Shown here: positions 8,951-18,498 of the stretch, piece after piece
How positions within the stretch are numbered: the first letter of the stretch is position 1
Layout of the letters: each line of letters opens with the position of its first letter
Virus record (IMG/VR): IMGVR_UViG_3300029552_000001
Length of the DNA: 64,000 nucleotides
Reading direction: 5' to 3' (one strand)
From: a virus
Program-made: the position numbers and the translations under genes
The notes under the pieces: model-generated
Told to the model about the DNA's origin: nothing
What the model saw: only the letters and a program-made list of their open reading frames with translations
The model's database searches: none

Positions 8951-10392
8951 CCTCTCCTCTCATTCATGACTCTATATATATAGTCCCTCAGCGGCTCTTT
9001 CCTTACCAACTTATTAACATCAAACTCGCCTTCTATATCTAAGGATCCGATTCTTGATGTAACCGTATAATTAGTTTTCTCGAACTTATACTTTCCTTGA
9101 AGATATACTACGGTAGCCATATTCAATATAGGGTTGTCGGTCTGTCTTTTCAGCTTATATTGGCTGGTCTTTGCAGTAGGATCACCCGGAGCGAAGTTAT
9201 ATATCTCCTCTATCTCCAATATCTTTCCGTAGTTCTCCAGTATCATTCTTCTATATAGCTCAAGCTGGAAAGCGTACTCGTCATAGAAATTGCCCTTCCT
9301 GTTTGATTTGAAGTCCAATATAGCGAATATCCTCCTGCATCTCTTTATCTTCTTTTTCTCCGTCTTAGGCTGACCTTTCTTGGCTCCCGTCTTATAGAAC
9401 TCTCCTGTCTCGACCTCTATCTCCACTGTCTCCGGCTCGCTATCCATCTCCACCACGGCGTCCACCGAAGAAGCTACCTTTAACCTGCTTGACCTCAACA
9501 TCTTCTCGATCAATACAGGTTTTACATGTCTTTCCTTGCAGAATATGGCAAATGATATTAGATCCTCTATTAGCTCATCAATGTTATCCACTAATATCCG
9601 CTCCATCCTATACTTGTCTATTCTTAGCTTGGCTTCCTTGACCACCTTCCTGATCCATGTCGGGATCAGCTTTATGTTAACCCCGGTCAGATACAACCCA
9701 AATAGATAATGCATGATAGTACCTAAGTCAGCCCTATAGTTAGCGTAATCATCAGGGTCCTTGCCCTTGAGTCTCATCTCATTCTTCCATTTCTCCAAGG
9801 CTCCGGACGTATCACAATACCCATTGGCGATATTGTTAGTGGCTCCATCGTATATGATAGGATACCCATCAACATCCATCTCATAATACACGCGTTTGCC
9901 GGCGACAGTCATTCTATATAACACAGGTGTCGGGATATCCTTTATCCATTCAGCGGCATAATACTGTTGCTCTGTCTCCAGATCATACTCAACCTCCATC
10001 TCCTCATTAGGCTCGTTTTTAGGCTCTTCAACAGGCTTTTCCTCCTCGACCATATCTTTCTTCGGGACCGTTGATAAAACGTCTAATATGCCAAAGAAAG
10101 CGGTAAATTTAGGATCTGTATGATATGATCTTAATACTGGTAATGATGATCGCCAATAATATGACGACGCATTCTCGTCCTTTATCTTGCCTAAAATCTT
10201 GCCTAAAGCCGAACATCCTATCTCTCCATCATCCGCAATAGCCACATTGTGTCTCTCGGATAAACGAACTTTCATCTCATCAAACAATTCTTGATCGCTT
10301 ATGACTTCTATGATCGTCCCATAACTATATACTGTGTCACTTATAGCCTTATATCCTAGGTCTAAAAGTAATCTTTGTTTTCTTCTATCCAT
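8947..10392 (-). CDS. protein with C-terminal PD-(D/E)XK nuclease-like domain (481 aa)
   Basis: VDAVVEMD, AILDFKS (DxK) and YAFQLELY (QxxxY) occur in that order. Confidence 0.55.
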   Translation of the reverse strand: MDRRKQRLLLDLGYKAISDTVYSYGTIIEVISDQELFDEMKVRLSERHNVAIADDGEIGCSALGKILGKIKDENASSYYWRSSLPVLRSYHTDPKFTAFFGILDVLSTVPKKDMVEEEKPVEEPKNEPNEEMEVEYDLETEQQYYAAEWIKDIPTPVLYRMTVAGKRVYYEMDVDGYPIIYDGATNNIANGYCDTSGALEKWKNEMRLKGKDPDDYANYRADLGTIMHYLFGLYLTGVNIKLIPTWIRKVVKEAKLRIDKYRMERILVDNIDELIEDLISFAIFCKERHVKPVLIEKMLRSSRLKVASSVDAVVEMDSEPETVEIEVETGEFYKTGAKKGQPKTEKKKIKRCRRIFAILDFKSNRKGNFYDEYAFQLELYRRMILENYGKILEIEEIYNFAPGDPTAKTSQYKLKRQTDNPILNMATVVYLQGKYKFEKTNYTVTSRIGSLDIEGEFDVNKLVRKEPLRDYIYRVMNERRG

Positions 10393-10862
10393 GATAATAA
10401 TCTGGTTTTTAATTTACCATCCTCCTCGACTTTAGGTGCGAGATCCCTCATCCGTCTGGCTGCCAACAGCCATACGTTGCCAAACTCGTCCAAGAGCCGG
10501 CTGAAATCCATCGTATCTAACAGATAATCGAATTTTGCATGCTCATCAACCGTCAAGTAGATAATGTTATCATTATCCTCGGCAACTGATTTATATTTCC
10601 GTTTAGGGTATAAGTGGCATATGTTGCTTACCCCCGGGCATGGTATGTATGCGCCGGTAGCAGATCTCCTTGTCATACTCAATCTAGCCACATGGGCGCC
10701 AAAGAAAACGGCTAGGTTCTTCCCCTTTGGCTTGGCCTTCACCCGTATCGCCGCCCTTTCCTTTGGCGGTAGCTCCTTGGCTCTGCACGCGGGACACAAC
10801 CCCTTACTCCTTATGGTTACCATCCTCCCACATCTCTCACACGGTAACATCCTACCTCTCAT
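10362..10862 (-). CDS. Zn-ribbon protein, possibly HNH/NinG-like
   Basis: CERCG..CPAC at the N-terminus. ICHLYPKRKY..NDNIIYLTVDEH resembles an H-N-H spacing. The functional assignment is weak. Confidence 0.45.
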   Translation of the reverse strand: MRGRMLPCERCGRMVTIRSKGLCPACRAKELPPKERAAIRVKAKPKGKNLAVFFGAHVARLSMTRRSATGAYIPCPGVSNICHLYPKRKYKSVAEDNDNIIYLTVDEHAKFDYLLDTMDFSRLLDEFGNVWLLAARRMRDLAPKVEEDGKLKTRLLSWIEENKDYF

Positions 10863-11221
10863 GCCTTTTTCTTTTTATAACTTTTGTTGAACTCCATAAG
10901 GCTCATAGCCCTATACCTCTTAAGCCTATTAATCTTACCCTCAGTCCAATCTTGATCCTTGAAGTTGATGATCGTATCGAATATCTGAGCTAGTTCCCGG
11001 ATATTAAAACTCCTGTTTTGTATCTTCTTATAGAACCCCGATCTGCTATATCCTAATTTAGAAGCTAGATAAGTTTTGTTAGACAATGTGAGGATACGAT
11101 AAATCGTACCCTCCATTTTACTTATCTCCATCAACTTCTCGGCTATGGACGACGTGGTTTCGTAGCTAGCTTTACTGTCTACTATCCTCATTTTTCTCCG
11201 GATTCCTGATCTTACCATCAA
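10859..11221 (-). CDS. putative helix-turn-helix DNA-binding protein
   Basis: LASKLGYSRSGFYKKIQNRSFNIRELAQI is an HTH-like segment. Confidence 0.5.
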   Translation of the reverse strand: MMVRSGIRRKMRIVDSKASYETTSSIAEKLMEISKMEGTIYRILTLSNKTYLASKLGYSRSGFYKKIQNRSFNIRELAQIFDTIINFKDQDWTEGKINRLKRYRAMSLMEFNKSYKKKKA

Positions 11222-11636
11222 ACTCGTAGAAGTCCATCAGTTTCTTCTCTTCCTTGATACAAGTGACAACGAAATCTGATATGGTTCCTTTCATGCCTTC
11301 CTCGAAATTCTTTTTGGCATGATCAAGGTCATTGGCCCGAACGATGTAGTTAAACGCCTTGCGTTTCTCATTGTTCGATTTCTCGTCTATCGTAATATAA
11401 TCAGCCGTGACCTTATAGAACCGGTCTCCATCCATGGCAAACAATTCCGCTATCCTGAATCGTTTGATATCAACGCTAAACTCACCGGATATGAATGGCT
11501 TCATCTCCTCTATGATTCTAGCCTCACATTCGGTATAAGAAAAGGCATCTACTAAATACTCTTCCTTTACCTTCTTCTTCATGCCGTTCTCGGCATCGGT
11601 CTCATAAGAAACCGTACATTTAAACCAATTGTGCAT
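11172..11636 (-). CDS. DUF4494-like protein
   Basis: The N-terminus MHNWFKCTVSYETDAENGMKKKVKEEYLVDAFSYTECEARIIEEMKPFISGEF resembles, from memory, the Bacteroidota DUF4494 family. Not verified by a search. Confidence 0.5.
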   Translation of the reverse strand: MHNWFKCTVSYETDAENGMKKKVKEEYLVDAFSYTECEARIIEEMKPFISGEFSVDIKRFRIAELFAMDGDRFYKVTADYITIDEKSNNEKRKAFNYIVRANDLDHAKKNFEEGMKGTISDFVVTCIKEEKKLMDFYEFDGKIRNPEKNEDSRQ

Positions 11637-11637
11637 T

Positions 11638-12324
11638 TTAATCTATATTATTGTTAAACAAAGGATAATCTTTTATTCCTTCACGAATATATCTTTCCGT
11701 ATCATCATCCACGCCATAAGCCTTCTTGAAAAATATCATAGCCTTATCCGTATCATTATCCACCAGTGGTAGATATTCCCTTGCAAAAAGCGACCTAAGA
11801 TAGTTCATATTATCAATCCTATGTCTTATATCGGCTACTTTATCCCATATCTCGACCCGAATTTTACTCATTTTCTTCATATTTCTCTCATATCTCTCTA
11901 GCTGGTCTTTATATTCCGCCTCAATCTTATCGTTCTTATCCTTGATAGACTTATAGGTCTCCTCGTCTTTCGTATCAAACATCGGAGTATGTTTGATATT
12001 AATTATATCCAATTTGCTGTATAGCTTTTCATTGGATACGGTGAAATCATATCTAGTCCTGTACAGATCAAAGTCACTTAAGAACTTAGCTATTTTAATA
12101 GCATCATCCTGATCAAGAACGGCTATATTCAATCCTTCTAAATAGTAGAAGAAATGGGATGGAGAAATAGGTTTACAGTCATATGTCCTCATGATTGGAG
12201 GCTCATCCATAAACCTGACACCTTCCTCCGCACATCTTATTACGATCAATTTCTCTACCTGCTCATCAGTAAGATCATATATCTCCTGATCGGTCATCTT
12301 ATCAATTGTCTTCATCATCCTCAT
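11638..12324 (-). CDS. hypothetical protein (228 aa)
   Basis: ORF track. Confidence 0.6.
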   Translation of the reverse strand: MRMMKTIDKMTDQEIYDLTDEQVEKLIVIRCAEEGVRFMDEPPIMRTYDCKPISPSHFFYYLEGLNIAVLDQDDAIKIAKFLSDFDLYRTRYDFTVSNEKLYSKLDIINIKHTPMFDTKDEETYKSIKDKNDKIEAEYKDQLERYERNMKKMSKIRVEIWDKVADIRHRIDNMNYLRSLFAREYLPLVDNDTDKAMIFFKKAYGVDDDTERYIREGIKDYPLFNNNID

Positions 12325-12583
12325 CCTCCGATATCGTTACAGCCTTTGTAAACTTTTGTTTATAGACCTCACCCATAAGGCAGGCGAAATCCCTATCATC
12401 CATACTAGCCATAGTATTGGCCTCTACAATAAGACTCATCTCGATGTTCTTTACCAAGATTTCATAGTTATCATCATCTTCTTTATAGAAAATGACTTTA
12501 CCACCATACTCGAAACCATCATCCCCGGTCTTAACCATATCGATGATCCTCTCTAACTCCTTTACAAATTTACTCTTTTTCAT
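12302..12583 (-). CDS. hypothetical acidic protein (93 aa)
   Basis: ORF track. First gene after promoter box 12606-12613. Confidence 0.55.
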   Translation of the reverse strand: MKKSKFVKELERIIDMVKTGDDGFEYGGKVIFYKEDDDNYEILVKNIEMSLIVEANTMASMDDRDFACLMGEVYKQKFTKAVTISEDEDDEDN

Positions 12584-12605
12584 ATGTGTAATTTTTATGT
12601 GTCTA

Positions 12606-12613
12606 CAAAAGTA
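12606..12613 (-). promoter_or_regulatory. Bacteroidota-type -7 box (TACTTTTG on minus strand)
   Basis: Plus strand reads CAAAAGTA, 22 nt upstream of ATG 12583. Confidence 0.35.
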
Positions 12614-12667
12614 GGCATTTTGTTTTTGAATTAAATTAAATAAACATTATTAATAGTTAATACGCTT

Positions 12668-12720
12668 AGGTGATTATATACCATTTTACACTAAAATCGT
12701 AAAATGGTATATAATCACCT
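12668..12720. repeat. perfect 22-bp inverted repeat (hairpin, 9-nt loop); likely operon-end terminator
   Basis: AGGTGATTATATACCATTTTAC (12668-12689) pairs with GTAAAATGGTATATAATCACCT (12699-12720). A 19/21 copy of one arm occurs at 19986-20006. Confidence 0.6.
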
Positions 12721-12806
12721 TATCCTCCATATATCTTAAGCCCTTTTATATTGTATTTGCTTATATCCATACACAAATTACACCCTCCATGACAACAACA
12801 CCACGA

Positions 12807-12938
12807 GCAAAAGGCTAGTCGCTCCTGCTCCGGCCTACCTTGAAACTCCACTGCCGCCCTATACCATGCCGGGGATAATACCCTGACCTTCTCCGGTACG
12901 GGCGGTGTCATGAGCACCGATCGCCGCCTTCCTTTGGC
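12807..12938. repeat. GC-rich hairpin element (family member, ~132 bp)
   Basis: Base pairing of GCAAAAGGC (12807-12815) with CCTTTGGC (12931-12938). The interior is visibly GC-rich with nested stems (GGCGG..CCGCC). The minus-sense 5' edge reads GCCAAAGGAAGGCGGCG. Confidence 0.45.
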
Positions 12939-12945
12939 ATCCTCC

Positions 12946-13431
12946 CTACCTCTCATCTGGATTATCTTTTAACAGTTCAGCTATCTTCTCATCCTTCAAC
13001 ATATTTTGCTTTCTCATGCTATCTACAACAAAGGCAGCGAACGCCATATCATACCTTTTCCTTAACTCATTGACAAAAGATTTGGCTTTTGATTCTACCA
13101 TTGTCTCGATGTTGCTGTCTACAACTTTCTTCATCCTGCCTCTTATAAACTCGTCTACTGTCAACTCCTCATCCATATAATCTAACCTGAACCTATATTT
13201 CTTCTCGCTGGCGTTCTCGACAAGATCGTTCATTGATTCTCTCGCTATATCCTCAATCTTCTCTGATATCGGATTGGATATTTCTCTCATCAACTCATTC
13301 TTGAACTTTTCTTTAAGTTCATGTATTATAGCTAACCTGACCGAGCTGGTAAACCCCTCTTTCAACGTCGCTTCATTGTACATAGCTTCCTCGAATACAT
13401 CTTCCAAATTTAATTCTACTTGAATTTTCAT
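12946..13431 (-). CDS. hypothetical protein (161 aa)
   Basis: ORF track. Confidence 0.6.
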   Translation of the reverse strand: MKIQVELNLEDVFEEAMYNEATLKEGFTSSVRLAIIHELKEKFKNELMREISNPISEKIEDIARESMNDLVENASEKKYRFRLDYMDEELTVDEFIRGRMKKVVDSNIETMVESKAKSFVNELRKRYDMAFAAFVVDSMRKQNMLKDEKIAELLKDNPDER

Positions 13432-13483
13432 ATCATTATATTTTAATAAATTATAAATTTTTTAGGCATATAATTATCATGTA

Positions 13484-13852
13484 TTATTTCCCCTCATCTT
13501 TTAATATTAATTTCTTCCCGATCTTTTTAATTTTTGTCGGTCTTGATAATCGATAGTCTCTTTCTATCGGTCTATTAAGTACATCATCCTTGTGCCCCTT
13601 GTATCCTTTCTCGTAAGCACTAACCCTTGCGCAAAACTCAACCACATCGCCTGGCGATAAATCAGCACCACTAAATCCTTTTGTTAAATCGAACCACAAA
13701 TGATCTGATACTATTTTGCTATCAAGTGTCACATCTTGTAAAAGCATCGTTTTTACAGGTCCAATGTATCCATTCCTAAATCCCAATCTAACAAAGGTTG
13801 CTGTAAACACATGGCGTCCTTTTGATCCTATTGTTCTCAACTCTTCTCTCAT
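13484..13852 (-). CDS. hypothetical protein (122 aa)
   Basis: ORF track. Adjacent to the ABC-type ATPase. Confidence 0.55.
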   Translation of the reverse strand: MREELRTIGSKGRHVFTATFVRLGFRNGYIGPVKTMLLQDVTLDSKIVSDHLWFDLTKGFSGADLSPGDVVEFCARVSAYEKGYKGHKDDVLNRPIERDYRLSRPTKIKKIGKKLILKDEGK

Positions 13853-13860
13853 CTCCTTTC

Positions 13861-14658
13861 TTATTTTTTATTCATAAAACCAGTAATTTTCTTCAAATAC
13901 CCTTTTGTCATCTCAATAAAGTTCACGCAATCCAGCTTGCTCAACTTGTAAATCAAAGCCGGGTTATGAATTACGGCTATAATTTGTGTTTGCGGTTTAT
14001 GAAATGACAATACTTTGTACAGATCCATGATATTGTCAATATCTAAATTCCTGTCCGGCTCATCCATAATGATTGTATACTCAAAATCCTTCTCCATTAA
14101 TACCACATGATTGTCTTTGTAGTATTTTAAAAGATTGTCGATCCTGTTTGCCCAGAACTCATTTGACTTTTTCTTAAATTCCATAAGTTTCTGTATCGGA
14201 AACGCATACTCATCTTGGTTAAACACAAAATCAAAAAGCGAGTTCATGGCATGAAGGTTCTTCTCCCCAGAGGACCTAGATGCTCCATTCATATACAAAC
14301 TTAAATTATTGATATTATCCAATATATCATCCTTTCTCATTTCAGTTTGCTGTAGGAGATGGAATACCTTCCCGATATAATCCGACTTAATACTGATCCC
14401 GTCAAGCACCTTGTCATCATCAAATATATCCGGGAAATACAATGCTTCTGACGGTAATTCAGAACACATCTTTTTCTCGCACAACATGTACTTCGATATC
14501 ATATTCAGGAGGGTTGATTTCCCGCTCCCGTTCTTGCCTACAATCACATTCACGCCGGGCTTGAATATAAACTCAGAGCCATTTTTGAACGCTTTTATCT
14601 TTTGGATATATTTAAATGGAGTCTTCTTGTTGTCGTCTATCCTTATAGAAGTTATCAT
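13861..14658 (-). CDS. compact ABC/SMC-type ATPase (265 aa)
   Basis: Walker A GKNGSGKST, signature-like RSSGEK, Walker B IIMDEPDRNLD and H-loop VIHNP. Confidence 0.75.
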   Translation of the reverse strand: MITSIRIDDNKKTPFKYIQKIKAFKNGSEFIFKPGVNVIVGKNGSGKSTLLNMISKYMLCEKKMCSELPSEALYFPDIFDDDKVLDGISIKSDYIGKVFHLLQQTEMRKDDILDNINNLSLYMNGASRSSGEKNLHAMNSLFDFVFNQDEYAFPIQKLMEFKKKSNEFWANRIDNLLKYYKDNHVVLMEKDFEYTIIMDEPDRNLDIDNIMDLYKVLSFHKPQTQIIAVIHNPALIYKLSKLDCVNFIEMTKGYLKKITGFMNKK

Positions 14659-14679
14659 CTTATATGATTTTGTGTTGAA

Positions 14680-14919
14680 TTATTTAAGCCTTTCATTAAT
14701 TGCCAAATCAAATATCTTATCAAGACATTTCCTCATCTCCGCCGCCCCGATGATCGCCTTTCGATTCCCGAACGAGAGCCACGAAGTAATGAACCCACTG
14801 ACCTCCGCGTCCCGCCCGGAATACCGCCTTGGGAACTGGACGGGATCGCTGGCAATAAAGTCGGCGGTTTCGTATTTGTCCGCCATGCATTTCGGCATGT
14901 CTACAAATTTGTCATTCAT
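14680..14919 (-). CDS. short ORF resembling the N-terminus of TIGR02757/DUF2400-family proteins (possible captured gene fragment)
   Basis: DPVQFPRRYSGRDAEVSGFITSWLSFGNRKAII resembles the family N-terminus, from memory. It is only 79 aa and locally GC-richer than its flanks. Confidence 0.35.
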   Translation of the reverse strand: MNDKFVDMPKCMADKYETADFIASDPVQFPRRYSGRDAEVSGFITSWLSFGNRKAIIGAAEMRKCLDKIFDLAINERLK

Positions 14920-14922
14920 TGT

Positions 14923-15696
14923 TTATCCCTTCATTTGTTCGCATGCCAATCTTTCAAGTTCCGGTGTAACGTTGGTATTCATTATGCCTTTCAAGCAAGG
15001 GCATTGTCGCCAGACTATATCATAAATCTTTGACAATTCAATCAAAGCCTCATTGTTTGATTCAACTGTCATAATCCAATTGTCCGGCGATATCTCTATC
15101 TCCCTGCATGGTATTTCTTTCTTGCCTTTTGGCATATATCCGTTCTGATAGTCTTTTACATTACATCTACCAAAATATCTTCCAGTGAGTATTCCGTTTT
15201 CGTCCGTCTCAAACAACCCTCCTATCCATCCTATCTTATGGATGTTCTCCGTCCACGTTCGAGTGGCGAATAAAAACTTTTTTACAGGAACTTTTGAAAA
15301 TGCATCAACATCATGGATACTCCCGTCCGGCTCTTTGAATATCGATGATTTTCTTTTATTCTGGCAACTCCCGTCTAAGCCTATTTTTTCCCATTCGCCA
15401 TCGTCAAATCTCAAAGGAGAGATTATATCAAAACTGCAAAGTTTCTTGACGAGATTGATTTCAAATGGTGCCGAGAATCCGCTGTTACCATGAGAAGAGA
15501 ACAGCGCGACAGCTTCTATTACCTGTTCGCGCATCCATTTGTTAGGACCGTCCTCTTCTTTGCTATATCCGGCTAATTCCAATTCTCTTATCGCATGTTT
15601 ACATAAATTACTGTTTGCGATAATATACCGAAGAGCCTTCTTGTTGATAAGGCTCTTCTTGCTCATTTTCTTTACAATTCTTCTACTCTTTTTCAT
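14923..15696 (-). CDS. hypothetical protein (257 aa)
   Basis: ORF track. Confidence 0.6.
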   Translation of the reverse strand: MKKSRRIVKKMSKKSLINKKALRYIIANSNLCKHAIRELELAGYSKEEDGPNKWMREQVIEAVALFSSHGNSGFSAPFEINLVKKLCSFDIISPLRFDDGEWEKIGLDGSCQNKRKSSIFKEPDGSIHDVDAFSKVPVKKFLFATRTWTENIHKIGWIGGLFETDENGILTGRYFGRCNVKDYQNGYMPKGKKEIPCREIEISPDNWIMTVESNNEALIELSKIYDIVWRQCPCLKGIMNTNVTPELERLACEQMKG

Positions 15697-15904
15697 GTTT
15701 AATGTTATTTAATGTTTTAATCACCAATCTCCTCTATCATTCGTATTGTGCCATGACCATCTGTTTCGCGAAATCTTTGTACGCCACTATTTTTCGCAGG
15801 TTTGCTCGCATTCGTATTTCCCCGATACCGCCGACCGGAGACAAGGCGCCTGTATTAACACCTCTTCCCATGTTTATTCCTCCTTGTTATATAATTGCTT
15901 GTTT

Positions 15905-16321
15905 TTATATTCCAACATCCTTCCCATCCTCTTTAACCCAATTAACTGTATCGCAATACCAACAATACCCTGTCTTGGAATCCTTTTTATGAGAATGGGA
16001 TCCACATGTGGCGCACCAATAATTATCATCCATATTGTATGTATAACTTTCATCCTCATGCATTTTGGCTATTCTAGCTACCCTATCCTCCAGCAGATCC
16101 TTTAGATAATGGCATTCGTAAGGTCTATCCTCTTCCTTTAATATATAAATATCGATATCCATCATGCTCCCCATCCTGTCCGTACACATACACTCGGCGG
16201 CATGGCGCACGTTCCCTTCCGGCATCCCCGGAACTATCTCCCGGATCACCGCCTCCATCTTCTCTTGGTATTCGGTGTCTACCTTGACCACCAAATCCTC
16301 TAATTTATCTATTAAACTCAT
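15905..16321 (-). CDS. hypothetical protein with C-terminal zinc-ribbon-like CxxC pairs
   Basis: CATCG..CWYC. Confidence 0.55.
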   Translation of the reverse strand: MSLIDKLEDLVVKVDTEYQEKMEAVIREIVPGMPEGNVRHAAECMCTDRMGSMMDIDIYILKEEDRPYECHYLKDLLEDRVARIAKMHEDESYTYNMDDNYWCATCGSHSHKKDSKTGYCWYCDTVNWVKEDGKDVGI

Positions 16322-16758
16322 GATCTTTTTACTTCTTTGTATATGACATCTGTATTGTCTTCCCTATCTATATTGCAACAACAAGAATACATGCAGTAAT
16401 AACCCCTGTTATTAAATACACATCCATCACAACTGCTATCATCAATCTCTATTACCTCCAATTCTATTTTCTCCATGCCGGTATTATATTTAAATATACT
16501 ACCTATCTTATGATATCCTATATCCTTCAAATACCTTATATGATTATTTTCGTTAAATAATCGGTTGATAAATACATCCATTTTATCGTTTAGACCATTT
16601 TTATCTAATAACCCCTCGCACTCATTTTTATTAAATCCAAAGGATATCATAAAATATTTTGCCATATCAAACCTTTCCAGTTCCACCAATTTTTGTATGC
16701 ATAGCCATATTCCTTGTCTTATGCCTTCTTCTTTGGCTTCTTGCACTCTATCTCCCAT
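16318..16758 (-). CDS. hypothetical Cys-rich protein, paralog of 17065..17550
   Basis: Shares QGIWL..Q.L and YHKIG..F.Y..GM....L.V plus a C-terminal Cys cluster with the 161-aa paralog. Confidence 0.6.
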   Translation of the reverse strand: MGDRVQEAKEEGIRQGIWLCIQKLVELERFDMAKYFMISFGFNKNECEGLLDKNGLNDKMDVFINRLFNENNHIRYLKDIGYHKIGSIFKYNTGMEKIELEVIEIDDSSCDGCVFNNRGYYCMYSCCCNIDREDNTDVIYKEVKRS

Positions 16759-16769
16759 ATTATTTTGTA

Positions 16770-17051
16770 TTAATTAAGTAACAATATTTCTCTTCGCTCT
16801 ATTTTGATCATTGATGGATTATCGTCATGATCATACCAATATAGATACCATATACCTCCTCTATTGGCCTTCCACATCTTCCCTTCATATTCCCCCGATG
16901 GGATCGTTACTGAATATTCTCTAAGACCCTCAAAGGTTTGTTTGGTCATTAAAGCGTATTCCTCATCAATTTCTATGTATCTCCTATGGGGCTGTTTCCA
17001 TAACATCCCACGTTTGTCTGTTATCTTAGGTATTATATTCTCTCCATTCAT
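16770..17051 (-). CDS. hypothetical protein (93 aa)
   Basis: ORF track. Confidence 0.55.
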   Translation of the reverse strand: MNGENIIPKITDKRGMLWKQPHRRYIEIDEEYALMTKQTFEGLREYSVTIPSGEYEGKMWKANRGGIWYLYWYDHDDNPSMIKIERREILLLN

Positions 17052-17064
17052 GATGCTTTGTAAA

Positions 17065-17550
17065 TTATGTATTAACTATTGTATATCTAACACTCTCCCC
17101 ATCTTCCCTTTCGCATCCCAAGCAACCTGATTTTACGCAATCATATATATAATTTTCAAAAGCGCATCCCGAACATCTATCACACTTATCTACTCTTAAT
17201 GTCATTTCAGACATACCAACTTTATAGTTAAAGACTTCCCCTATTTTATGATACTTAATATTTATACATATAGTATCGTTTTCACTTATAGTACTGCCTT
17301 CACTTATCATATTCTCACGTCCAAACATATTGTCAATAAACTTAATCATCTCATCATTGAATGATTCGCTTTCTTCTTGCAGCTTCCTACATTCATCCTC
17401 GGTCAATCCACAAGAAGATACCAGCTCCTCTGCGGCTTGCGTCCATCGCCCGTCGTGAGCCAGCTCCTGAACCGACAGCCATACCCCTTGGTTCATGCCC
17501 TCCATTCTTGCCTTATCTAAAATACCCTTATCCTCCATATCCTCGATCAT
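17065..17550 (-). CDS. hypothetical Cys-rich protein, paralog of 16318..16758
   Basis: See 16318..16758. Motifs are NQGVWLSVQEL, YHKIGEVFNYKVGM and CDRCSGC..CLGC. Confidence 0.6.
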   Translation of the reverse strand: MIEDMEDKGILDKARMEGMNQGVWLSVQELAHDGRWTQAAEELVSSCGLTEDECRKLQEESESFNDEMIKFIDNMFGRENMISEGSTISENDTICINIKYHKIGEVFNYKVGMSEMTLRVDKCDRCSGCAFENYIYDCVKSGCLGCEREDGESVRYTIVNT

Positions 17551-17779
17551 TTAAATTCTTGTTTATTATAACAATCTCTATATCGTTTAACGTCTTATCT
17601 TTTAATATTTTTTCTACTGTTCTTGGAATGACATTAAAATCTTTATTGCTAAGCTTATTATCCACCATAATCTCAATCAACTGCTCTATGGTAAGCCCAA
17701 GCTCATTATGGATATAATTCTTTATCGCTTTATATTCCTTACTTCTGCTCATAATCAATCTCCTTTCTCTTAAATTCAC
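17528..17779 (-). CDS. hypothetical protein (83 aa; start uncertain)
   Basis: ORF track. Confidence 0.5.
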   Translation of the reverse strand: MNLRERRLIMSRSKEYKAIKNYIHNELGLTIEQLIEIMVDNKLSNKDFNVIPRTVEKILKDKTLNDIEIVIINKNLNDRGYGG

Positions 17780-18152
17780 CTATGTTTAATATCCCTCTAT
17801 CTCCTTCAAGTGCTAAAGAGATCGGAGGTATTGGCATATATAATTTAACTACCCCGTCATCGTAAAATGGATGCGGATATTTATGATACTTGGCAAATTT
17901 GCTCCAGCCTTTAAAGAAGTAAGCCATGGAAATACTTTCTCCATCAGTGACAAGATAATAATCATCTACATCCGGTAGCCCATCGCTTATTTTTATCCAC
18001 GGTGATTGCTTTGACCGCCATTCGGCACCGGATTTAAAACCAGAAGCAATCATCTCTTTAATGGCAGAAATGCCGTTCGGTACTCCATTTGTTCCAAACG
18101 AACTAATAACCGATCCTGCGTATTCAATCGCTACTTCTACTGTCTGTTTCAT
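17739..18152 (-). CDS. hypothetical protein (137 aa)
   Basis: ORF track. Confidence 0.55.
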   Translation of the reverse strand: MKQTVEVAIEYAGSVISSFGTNGVPNGISAIKEMIASGFKSGAEWRSKQSPWIKISDGLPDVDDYYLVTDGESISMAYFFKGWSKFAKYHKYPHPFYDDGVVKLYMPIPPISLALEGDRGILNIGEFKRKEIDYEQK

Positions 18153-18391
18153 AATTCCCCTCTTGCTTTAAGTCTTTTGATTGCATCTTTTCTTGAGTAT
18201 GCACAGATCTTTTTTCCTTTAATCGTGAATTCTTTCAACTCTCTAGAAGTCGATGGGCGTCGATAATCAGGATTGAATCTCATCCCTTCATTTGACAATC
18301 TCTGATTAGAATAAATATTTTTATCGGCAGTCATCGTACTTTCCATAGCTAACATTGCTAATGTTTTGAGCATACTTCTTTTTAAACTCAT
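18149..18391 (-). CDS. hypothetical protein (80 aa)
   Basis: ORF track. Confidence 0.5.
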   Translation of the reverse strand: MSLKRSMLKTLAMLAMESTMTADKNIYSNQRLSNEGMRFNPDYRRPSTSRELKEFTIKGKKICAYSRKDAIKRLKARGEL

Positions 18392-18498
18392 TTGATTTCT
18401 ATATTTTTAAATGTTATTAAATCTTTTCTTTTTTTGATCTTGAAGAAGTTCACATTTTTGATCTTACTACATTCTATGAACCTTTCTAAACCTTATTT

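Noticed and set aside
12720-12956. 78-aa Cys-rich ORF (CSWCCCHGGCNLC) as a real small protein.
   Set aside because: It lies entirely within a GC-rich hairpin element, where ORFs open by composition. It overlaps the upstream gene stop and runs into the 22-bp hairpin. The similar pseudo-ORFs 22601..22789, 32248..32490, 34668..34865, 35927..36256 and 37843..38178 all coincide with family members. Coding is not excluded, but it is unsupported.
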